DNA of 58,656 bases, counting the filler, from Basidiobolus ranarum (lineage: Eukaryota), in NCBI GenBank assembly GCA_040143965.1. It is 4 parts of 4 records of this genome, joined end to end, with 100 filler letters (N's around TTAATTAATTAA, not from the genome) between each part and the next. Parts side by side here need not be neighbours in the genome. Positions count along the whole stretch, not along the records: positions 14,732 to 29,350 come from JASJQH010000419.1; positions 29,451 to 44,037 come from JASJQH010000420.1; 2 more parts are not named here. One strand, given 5' to 3'. Shown in pieces: positions 24,351 through 33,841 of the stretch. Under the pieces are notes generated by a model. It saw only the letters and a program-made list of their open reading frames with translations, searched no databases and was not told the DNA's origin. A program made the position numbers and the translations under genes. Each line of letters begins with the position of its first letter. Positions within the stretch are counted from its first letter, which is position 1.

Positions 24351-26110
24351 ATTATTACAGTCGTCAGCTAGTACAATTCCAGGTATAATTTGTTAGCTAG
24401 TGCGTCGAGTGGAATCAAGTAATACAGCGCGTTCTAGAAGGAGAGCTTCTGCCAGATCAGAACAATTCAATATGAATACAAAAAATAGGCAATAGCAGTC
24501 ACTTAAATTAATTAGACAGTAGGATTTAGTCTTCTGTAATATTCTGGCATAAATCAGACTCTTGAGTCACTCCTGCACAGCGCTTACATCATGATACAGT
24601 CAACTTTTGAGACAGGGATGAAATATGCACTAACCAGTTGTTTTAAGCAAGGGATAATTACTGATGTTACATAACCTTATCCAACCACCGTATAATGATG
24701 CACATATACGTCATAAATATGTAACAAACTGTCACTTCATTATTCTAGACATTCATATGCACTAAGGTATCTAATGATGCAATATGCGGTTGGCATCACT
24801 GGATAGCAAACATATATGCAACAGTTAGGGTTCAGGAAATGTACTTTTGGCCTGTTCCATAACACCAGGAGTTGTTAATCCTTGGCTCAGTCGCATATAC
24901 TAAATTTGATTGAAACTGAACATGTCAAAGAGTACTAAATGGAGCTGCATAAAATTTTAGAATACTAGATCTAATATGAATTATACTGCACTACAGATGC
25001 TAAAGTACGACTATTCATGAATAGGTTATGTGCCAGTGTATACTTCTTTGAATTAGCTTTTCCATTCCCACATTCTAACCAGGCTAGTTTTTGGCACACG
25101 GGATTATGTTCGATATATTACATCCTATCACTACCGCGCCTTAAGACTGCATTTGCAGAGAAAGTTAGATATTGCTCAGATCACCATGATGCTACTAACT
25201 GTATAATGTATGGACTTCCTGTACTGTGATAGTGCCTCATTGTGCTGCATGTATTATATTGGATAAAGTATTCTAAAATTTGTGCGGCACAATTGGGCAC
25301 TATCCAGCACCCTCTGGCATGAACAATTTCACTCACAATTACTCTAATATGTTGAGCCAAGGTCCGATAACCCCTGGCACAGTGTAACAAGTCCTATGTA
25401 TAATTGGAAAATGACTTCGGTTTATGGCTACACGGAACTTGTTTATTATGCTGGTGAGTGCTAGCTAGGGATGTGTACATATTATTGGATTGAGTGTTCA
25501 TGGGATTTACTTAACACCACTATATTATAGTGAACCAAGGTCCGATAATGCCTGTCCTGATGGAACAAGTCTGCCGGACAGTTGTTGTGGTATTTTTATT
25601 TTATGTGGTGATTTGCGGAGTTTATTGTGGAATAACTCGGATGAATTTAGTTCGCTGTGAGTACTCAACATAAATCTAGGTAGGATTCGATCATTTAATG
25701 TGGTAATAATTACATCTTGTTAATATCACCATGTTGTGTATACTTTTTCAGAGGTGGATTGAGGATTGGCTAGTTTAGTGTCGATACCAGTTCCCGCGGT
25801 CTACTTTCGCGACATGTAATGAGTCAGGATAATTCAATATTTCATCATTTCTAGGATAATCTCCCAAAGCGCCCAGTCTAATAACTGAACGTTGATCAGA
25901 TAGCCGGTGTATTCACTAAGAGCTTTGATACGTAAGTGTAACAACAGAAGCGACTGCAAATACTCATCACTTACTCTTCTACCGATATTGTAAGTCAAAG
26001 GAAATATCCAATCAAGTTACATCACAATTTATTGAAGTAATTACAGAAACAAAAAAAGGCAACCAGGATAAATGTGCGAGAAACATCTTACAAAAAAGTA
26101 AAGAAAATAT

Positions 26111-26884
26111 TTAACAGAATTGAATAGTGTAATCTCCTTGACAAGTAAAAATGGAGGTGGCATCATCATACGCGTAACTGTAGCAGAATGGGCAGGCAGC
26201 CTTAAAAATCCTGGAGTACTTGGATGGATGGCAAGTTTGGGGAGTACTGTAAGCGCCAGCGCAACAGTACTGAGGCAATCCAAATGCATCACAAGCTGAT
26301 TTACAACCAACAACCTGTCCATCGTGATCACGTAACTGAAGCTCCTGGGGACAGATCAAATTGATATCTTTCTCAACAGTAGGGCTACCACATGAGAAAC
26401 GATTACCCCAGTTGTTAATTTTGGTGTGAGGTTGAATGGAAATAGGCAGATTGTAACCGTCTACGAGAGAAACGTCATAGAAATCAAGATTTTTCCAACC
26501 GTTGAATGTAAACTCAACCAAGGAAGCTGGTGGTTGCCCTGATATATCTTGACAGTATTCTTCTCCAGACCCACAGTCACCAGTAACACAAGCAGTATTA
26601 GTTGTCATATTCTTGTTAACGAAATCACACTCAGTACGACCCCAGAAACGGCCCTGCCAATGATCCACAACGGAGATGGTGTATGTTTCGCCAGGTGTGA
26701 GAAGACCACCATTCATAGGGAGAGGGGAGTTCTCCCACTCAGATAAGGAAGCTAACCAAACGTTATGGGAACATTTATTTTTGAAGACGAGGTTATGGAG
26801 CAAGTTATCCTGGTCAACTGGAGCAGAATGGACAGACGCAAGGATAGCGAAAAATGCTGTAATAACCCTGATAGAAGATAACAT
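26111..26884 (-). CDS. Secreted thaumatin-like protein (PR-5 / GH152), intronless
   Basis: Signal peptide, NKCSHNVW, WQGRFWGRTEC, CVTGDCG, PPASLVEFT, DFYDVSLVDGYNLP, CKSAC, YCC, YSYAYDD, YTIQFC. Confidence 0.95.
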   Translation of the reverse strand: MLSSIRVITAFFAILASVHSAPVDQDNLLHNLVFKNKCSHNVWLASLSEWENSPLPMNGGLLTPGETYTISVVDHWQGRFWGRTECDFVNKNMTTNTACVTGDCGSGEEYCQDISGQPPASLVEFTFNGWKNLDFYDVSLVDGYNLPISIQPHTKINNWGNRFSCGSPTVEKDINLICPQELQLRDHDGQVVGCKSACDAFGLPQYCCAGAYSTPQTCHPSKYSRIFKAACPFCYSYAYDDATSIFTCQGDYTIQFC

Positions 26885-28080
26885 GTTGATAGCTGGTGGA
26901 GTTTCTCAGGGTGGAGATGCGAATATTTATATGTGTGTTTGTTTTTTAGCGGCAAACCGTTGTAGTCATAAATTGTGAATCGGGTTTTTTTATTGCCACT
27001 ACGTTTCTAAATCTATCTGATTTACTCTTGTAGAAACCATGTTGTGTGAACTACGAACGGATTCTGGATTGTGCGCAAACAATGCTAATGCCTATTTGTG
27101 CTGTAGATAACCCTAAAGGTTGCTTGAACTGGGCAGGGTCAAAATAGGCAATCAAAGTCTCATTCTCAGTATTTATTTATTGACAATTGGTCATTAAGGT
27201 TTGTTTTGTCAACACAAGTGGTGTTCGGACTGTCTGTGTTTTCCAAGGGCTTATCATGCTCGCATAAATAAAGGAATATCGTGATAACAGCTTGTCTGTT
27301 TATGCGAGAATATGGCCATACATGTACTTCTAATCATACCTGTTAGGTAGTCCGACGATTGACAGATTACCGGTATCCAATCAGATGAGCACATGGATCG
27401 TTATTGTGAGAGCCTGAATCTAATCATCTAGATTGCATTGTTTTGGTTTAGTTGATTTCCGTCAGTTAATAAATCAAACCCTAATATGTTGGAATTCAGG
27501 AGCTGGAGAGAACGTGTAGCAGGATTATGTGACACAATAGGAATTTTTAGGGTCTCATGGAACCAGCCTTATACATGATGGCCCATTTTTAAAGATGGAC
27601 AGGATACTAGACTACTAAAAGAGTAGCGTAGGCAGAAGAACACTATTTGCTTTCTTGCTCTTTTCTTTAACAAATGCCTATCTGGAAATTTGTGGGAGAT
27701 TCTCTTTACTAGTAATGCACAAAAGGGGAAGTTCAAGAAACCGAACATAATCCATTTTCAGGTAGGTAAATCACATTAGCTGGTCAGGTAATATGCCACC
27801 GGGCGGTAAATATATCTCCAAAAGACATGCACCAATCAGCTCTCTACATTAGTACAGATTGCACTAGCCGCGGGTATTATGGACAAAACTAGTAAAAGCC
27901 ATTTGCAGAAATTAGATCTAGTATCCTTGACCAATACTCAAGCTCACGTTCTATTGGCGAATCCACCTGGAACGTGCATGGATTTGCCTTAATACTGATA
28001 TATCGTCGCTGTCGGATAATTGAAGTTACTCTTCATATGTATACTCTATTTGGATTCATCTAAATATGGAGAAGGTAAGC

Positions 28081-28209
28081 ATCGTCGCTTTCTAGCACGG
28101 ATGCTCACTTAGAGGCGTTCAGTCGTAATCCGACAGATGGTATTGGCTTGTCCGCCAAGGGTAAATACCAATTATCTGAATCAACGGTTGTACTAAGTTG
28201 AAATACTAC
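28081..28209 (-). pseudogene. Degenerate fragment of large-subunit (25S/28S) rRNA 3' domain
   Basis: Minus strand aacttagtac-aaccgttgattcagataattggt...accatctgtcggattacgactgaacgcctctaagtgagcatccgtgctagaaagcgacgat follows the conserved LSU 3' region, with internal deletions. Confidence 0.8.
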
Positions 28210-29071
28210 AATTAGCCTATCTAACGCATATTAAGTAATCATAATTCGCAGCATTGAGCTGTATACGTATCTCAATGCTGAGCATTCATTTTTGTATTAT
28301 TGCTCATTCATCTTTGTATTATTGCAATATTACAGCCCATCGGGTGCTTTGAAGCAAGGGATATGGTGGGAAACGCGGAACACAAAGTGTGATGGCCCTT
28401 GACCTGACAAAACAAGTCTATCTTTACAAAGGGATGGAAATAGTATACACACTTGAGCACCCTGGCGATGGTGGATATGGTATCATATGCATCTAACCAA
28501 CAATTCCAAAAAGATCGGGTATTGCATTACTTACTACTGCTGTACCAATGAATATGATATGCAGCAATGTTGATTCTTAGCACACGCATCTACAACTTAT
28601 TTGGAAGGGTCGATTTTGCTCATAACTACTGAACTATCAAAGTTACACATCTAATTTTTTCATATCAGGCTTCGTGTAATGCATGGTTATATTCTCCATA
28701 TTGAAATGGTTAACATTTGGGATGAATTGCAAATATTTCGATATTCATAAGATTTGTGATTTGCGCGAACTGTTTTATGAATTGAAAATATCTACTGATA
28801 CTTTTGTCAGCTATGGAGAAAAATAGCAACTGGGTCATGTTGCTAGTGCACTAAAGATACTAGGTAAACCTTGGAGTAGTTTTGGATGCGTACGAAAGTA
28901 GGTCTTTCCTGAACAGTTCTGAGATACACCAGTCCTCATAACTGATTCATGTTTTACGCATACATTTCAATTGACAATATCTGTGCACTCACTCCATATT
29001 TCACCTTGAATATTTGCCACATAGCCTAATCAGAGGGCAAATATGAACCTTTGATAGTATGGAGGTAGTTC

Positions 29072-29350
29072 TGTTAAAGTATTTGGGAGCCTGTTGGAAG
29101 TGGTTTGGAGAATTAGAGGAATTGGTGGTTTTCACTTATTGGTTTATTGAGTATTCAGTTGACATTTATAGTTTTGTCAAGATGTAAACAAACTAACATG
29201 TAGAATATGTTAAGGAAGGTCCCAGGAACATGTGTGCAGAGTTTGGGGCTTCTAGCACAAGTTATCAAAATCTATATATCTTCAAACTTCTAAGTAAATT
29301 CCTTATGAGAATAATGGATAATATCTTAGTGAATTATAAGATAACTAAGT
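29072..29350 (+). mobile_element. LTR starting TGTTA, truncated by the join; same family as 14525-14631 and 14331-14524
   Basis: Near-identity to 14525-14631 from the TGTTA terminus, TATATA box near 29273, no CpG. Confidence 0.7.
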
Positions 29351-29450
29351 NNNNNNNNNNNNNNNNNNNNNNNNNNNNNNNNNNNNNNNNNNNNTTAATT
29401 AATTAANNNNNNNNNNNNNNNNNNNNNNNNNNNNNNNNNNNNNNNNNNNN
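29351..29450. other. Assembly gap / contig join with artificial linker
   Basis: N44 + TTAATTAATTAA + N44. Confidence 0.95.
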
Positions 29451-29506
29451 CGACCTGTTCCAGGACCGTATCTACGGTTGCGAGGATATTGATCTTCTTC
29501 ATGTTC

Positions 29507-30226
29507 TTATTGACGACGTTGACCACGACCAAAGCGACCGCCACGAGGATATTGTTCTTCGTCATCCTCGTATTGGCTGCCTTGTCCACGACCGTAGCGA
29601 CGGTTACGAGGATATTGCTCATCATCTTCATATTGACGACCTTGTCCACGACCGTAACGACGGTGGCGAGGATATTGCTCATCATCTTCGTATTGACGAC
29701 CTAATCCACGACCGTAACGACGGTTGCGAGGGAATTGCTCATCATCTTCATATTGGCGATCTTGTCCACGACCATAGCGACCACCACGAGGGAATTGTTC
29801 ATCATCCTCGTATTGACGACCTTGTCCACGGCCATAGCGACGGTTACGAGGGAATTCCTCTTCGTCATCTTCATATTGACTACCTTGTCCACGACCATAG
29901 CGACGGTTACGAGGGTATTGCTCGTTTTCGTCCTCATATTGACGGCCTTGTCCACGGCCGTAGCGACGGTTACGGGGAAATTCTTCTTCATCATCTTCGT
30001 ATTGGCGACCTTGTCCACGACCATATTGACGGTCAAGTCCACTTCCATAGCGACCTTTGTTTAATTGATCTTCTTGACCATAGTGCTGACGACCGGAACG
30101 GTTTTTAGAGTTGTGAGATCTTCCATTAAGGCCTCTTTCATAATCATCTTCGAATTCATCTCTCTCGTATTGGCGGTTAGAGCCACGGTTAGAACGAGAT
30201 TGTTGAGGTTGACGAGAGTAAGACAT
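29507..30226 (-). CDS. Uncharacterised Arg/Gly/Tyr/Glu/Asp-rich tandem-repeat protein; may extend into the gap
   Basis: Eight 20-21 aa units (60/63 bp) of consensus QYEDDEQ(Y/F)PRNRRYGRGQGR; strong CGT/GGT codon bias; TATATAAA ~85 bp upstream; unit-length indels preserve frame. Confidence 0.75.
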   Translation of the reverse strand: MSYSRQPQQSRSNRGSNRQYERDEFEDDYERGLNGRSHNSKNRSGRQHYGQEDQLNKGRYGSGLDRQYGRGQGRQYEDDEEEFPRNRRYGRGQGRQYEDENEQYPRNRRYGRGQGSQYEDDEEEFPRNRRYGRGQGRQYEDDEQFPRGGRYGRGQDRQYEDDEQFPRNRRYGRGLGRQYEDDEQYPRHRRYGRGQGRQYEDDEQYPRNRRYGRGQGSQYEDDEEQYPRGGRFGRGQRRQ

Positions 30227-30843
30227 AGTAAGTTGAATTTGAGTGTTAATTTGTAAACAAGCAAGGAGGTACTTGATTATGAGAATTAGTAGGACTTCTT
30301 GTCAAGTTTATATACTCGTTTGGTTTGCAATCATGTACAGAAGATTGAAGCTAAGCCACCGATGATACATTGAAGTGAGAAAGATTAACATGTTGAAGGT
30401 ATTTCGTAATTCTTTCATTTGGTAACGCCATCAAGACCTAAAACTAAGCCACCAGTGGCTTGCGAAATCAGTTTTCATATACATTCTCAGTATATACGTT
30501 GGTGTTTGATACAATTACAGTAATAGATGTTGAAATCATACGAAACATCCGGTTTATTTCGCCAATAAAGCAATGGTGATTGAGTAAGATGACTACATCT
30601 AAATGCGAATTATTATGTAGGATAAAGGATATCAATGATATATGCATATATTCATGTTTGAGTCCATATCTATACCCGTATTTGAATTAAAGCATTTATT
30701 TAATAATGAAGAATGATTGAATATGATTTCTTTGGAACAGTCTCCCCTATCTATTCTTTAGTAGTGTTATAACAAGAAATCATCGACAAGCTCCTTCATT
30801 TTTTGGTGAATTTTATTATATCTTTACCGGGCAGTAAACCACT

Positions 30844-33490
30844 TTAACTACGTCCCCATAGAGAGCCGAAGAATCCTCCAAGGCGGCTGGCGGCATCTTG
30901 AGATTTTCCAGCGCGTTGATCCAGTGTACTAGGGTATTCTATTTTGTTATAGGCAATGTCGAAGAACAATGGTTTACAAGGTACTGGTTGAAGCTTGGGT
31001 GGTAGATCGACCAAGTAAGGTGCACCATCGGAATTCTTAGCCATGACCTCAGGGTAAGCATCAAGATTTTCGATCAAAGGGACACTCTATGAATGATACA
31101 GATAGAATGGGATATTAGTTTCTCGATGACAATGATTAGTTGAATCCTAAGTGCTAAGAAGATATACCAGAATTTCGTCATCCTTGATTTCATCGATGTT
31201 CATATTGGACAATTTATCGGTGATACCTGCTTCCTCATTTCCTTGTTGAAGATACCAAGCAGCATGAACCTTGGATTTCTGACCACGAACCAATGCTTCA
31301 AGATCGGTCACTTGTGATTCGGGAATCAATAATTCCGGATCATTTACTACTTCACTTGGAATTGCCTGTCGCAAAGATTTGTATTGAACAAGTCGCGATT
31401 GAACTCTTTCAAGCAATGCGTAAGCTTCAGCCCATTTGTTGATCTTGGAATAAGTGAGTGCCACATTGTAACATCTACAAGAAGATATTTAGTATAGCCA
31501 TAAAATATACCACACAACAAAGGTCAGCCTACCTGACACCACGATAATAGGCAAAGGCTGCTTCAATGATATAGCCAAGTGCTGGTTCATCTTGAGAAAT
31601 CAAGAATTCTTTCAATTCATTCAAGACCTAAGCGAAGTTACAGCTTGTGAGGATTTTACTGGCTAATTCCAAGATTATGCAGAGCTCACTTACCTGAAGA
31701 ATATTATCATAAAGCTTGACCAAATCCTGGTATCTTGGTGGCTTTGCATCATTTGCAGGTGCAATTCCCCCCTCGATGCGTTCTTTGATGGATCTGACCA
31801 AGAAGAGGTTTCTCTTAAGGGTTTGTAAATGGCGATGGTAGACGATATAGTTGAAAATGAATTTAACATTGGCGGTGTTTTCCTCGGATTTGGAAGATTT
31901 CACCTTAGCAGTAGCGGCCTAGATGGATAGATAGATGTAGAATTTAGTAAATGCAAACGAAGAGTAGCGTTAGGGTTAGGGATTATGGGAATTGTTAAAC
32001 GTACAGCGTCATCTTTGATGATTTTTTGGCAAAGTCTCTCAGTATCCTTGTAGAGAGCGAGAGTCTTATCAAAGGAATCCAAGATAGTATCATCATTATT
32101 AGAATCCAACTCCAAATCGCTATCTTGAATCTTTAGTATAGCTACTGCGAGATCAGCATTTTTAATAGGTATAGATTTGCTTCTCCATTCGATTGAGGTC
32201 GAGTTTTCAACTTGCTTCTTACGGGATTCAGGCTGTGCAGACTAAGGAAGTTAAGTACTTGTAAGCATTGCATAGTGCTGAGGTTTCTTACCTCGATTTG
32301 AGCAGCTAGTTGATCCAAATGACTGCTTTCTTTACCACTCTTTTGGATGACCGACTCGACGAGAGTGTCGATATTGGTATTTCCATCTCCCAAACGAAGA
32401 TTATAGGCACAATAACGAATACTGGGATCATTTCCATCGATAGCAGCGTGACAAAGGGCCTCCAGATGAGCAGTACCGGTGGCAGCAAGTTTACCGTAGA
32501 TAACTCTTAAAACGATGATACATTTGGTAAATCAACTTTAACCAACTTAAAAGAATACCACTAAATAAATGGCTTACCTAGCTGCTGCATATTTGTCTAA
32601 AGCCACTTCCCAGGATTGTTGTTCGAAATTCAAGTGACCACACATAGTATTATAATAAGCCTAGATCAACCAAATCACTCAGCCATTGGATGAGTTTTCA
32701 TTAACACCAATACTTGATATCATACCTGAGCTTCCAGACTGGTTTTAGGGTCCACTTTACCAACTTCTGGGGAGCACAATTCGTTTAACAATTTGGCATT
32801 TTGTACAGCTTTACGAAGACGTCTAATCAGGTGATTATGTTTACGTGGTTCTTCATAACCACCAGCTTCAGCCTTAAGTTCCATAGCGTAACTCCAAGCA
32901 CGTTCACAGTTGAATAAAATAATATGAAGAAAACTATCAAAAATAACCAACAGTTAGGAAACCATTTTGACTTAGGAAATTCACCCTAATTACACGAAAG
33001 GAAGTGTCATCTACCGTGAATCTTTCACATTCTCAGCATTGATCTCTCTTTTTTGAAAAGTTCTTCCTTTTCCATGAGAGAATTCCACAGTCTTACGGAG
33101 ACGATGAATCTTACCCGCGCAAAATTGACTATTGACCAAGATAATAAATGGGTTAGAAATACAAAAATAATAAACGATCGGTATCCGTGATGAAGTATCA
33201 TCCCAAAAAGTATATATCAACTGACCGATATCTTTGATAATCTTGGTGACGAAGGCCATATGTGTTACGAGAATCGTTGCAAATATTCAAAACTAAAAAG
33301 GAGTGAGTTAAGAATAGGTAAAATGAGGTAGATTGACAGTTACAAGAGGAATTTTTGTTAGTTGTAACCAAGCAAAAGAGATATATTATATATATATTGG
33401 TGTATACAAAAGGATACTATCTAAGGAAAGAGGTAAATCTTTATTCTCTAAAGATTTGGTTTGTTCGTCGATCTCCATATTGTCGGCCAT
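30844..33490 (-). CDS. SRP68: Signal recognition particle subunit SRP68, multi-exon
   Basis: SLDILNICNDSRNTYGLRHQDYQRYR, RLRK, LFNCERAWSYAMELK, HLIRRLRKA, YQDLVKLYDNILQ, LPPKLQPVPCKPLFFDIAYNKIEYP, GGFFGSLWG. Confidence 0.95.
33293..33417 (-). other. U12-type (minor spliceosome) GT-AG intron, SRP68 intron 1
   Basis: 5' site GTATCCTTTT; branch TTCTTAAC at 33314-33307 about 14 nt before the terminal TAG; splicing restores SLD-I-LNIC. Confidence 0.85.
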
Positions 33491-33841
33491 TTTTCAAACA
33501 GACTTGACTCCGAGACTTATTGAGTAAGGGAGAGTAGATATTGAATGAATTTCGAATTTTGGTAAATATACTTTTCTCACCTGAGCTGAGCCAGCCTCGA
33601 TTGTTCACTTTTAGACGGATTTCAATATGTATCTGTGTTATGCTTCATCAGAGAGATAAATTTTATTCTTATTCTGGAATACATAGTAAAGAAAAATTAT
33701 GCCATTTAGCGGGATAATAAGGGGGTTTTTTTTAATGGGAAATATGATAAAAGATAGAAATGATGGCACTCTAATGTACAAGGTCAAGTTGAGTAGAGAT
33801 GGAAACGAGTAAGATAGAGTCTAGTCAGCCAGTTCATAAAA

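Noticed and set aside
28336..28575. Stop-interrupted frame with GIWW...CD and YCCTNEY resembling a thaumatin relic
   Set aside because: Spacing is incompatible with a TLP and similarity is too weak without a search.
29451..30040. Regular 60-63 bp repeats resembling a CRISPR array or satellite
   Set aside because: No unique spacers, eukaryotic context, variation follows codon structure; it is a coding repeat.
29489..30256. Hydrophobic plus-strand and alternate-frame ORFs over the repeat gene
   Set aside because: Shadows of the repeat protein's codon pattern with no independent support.
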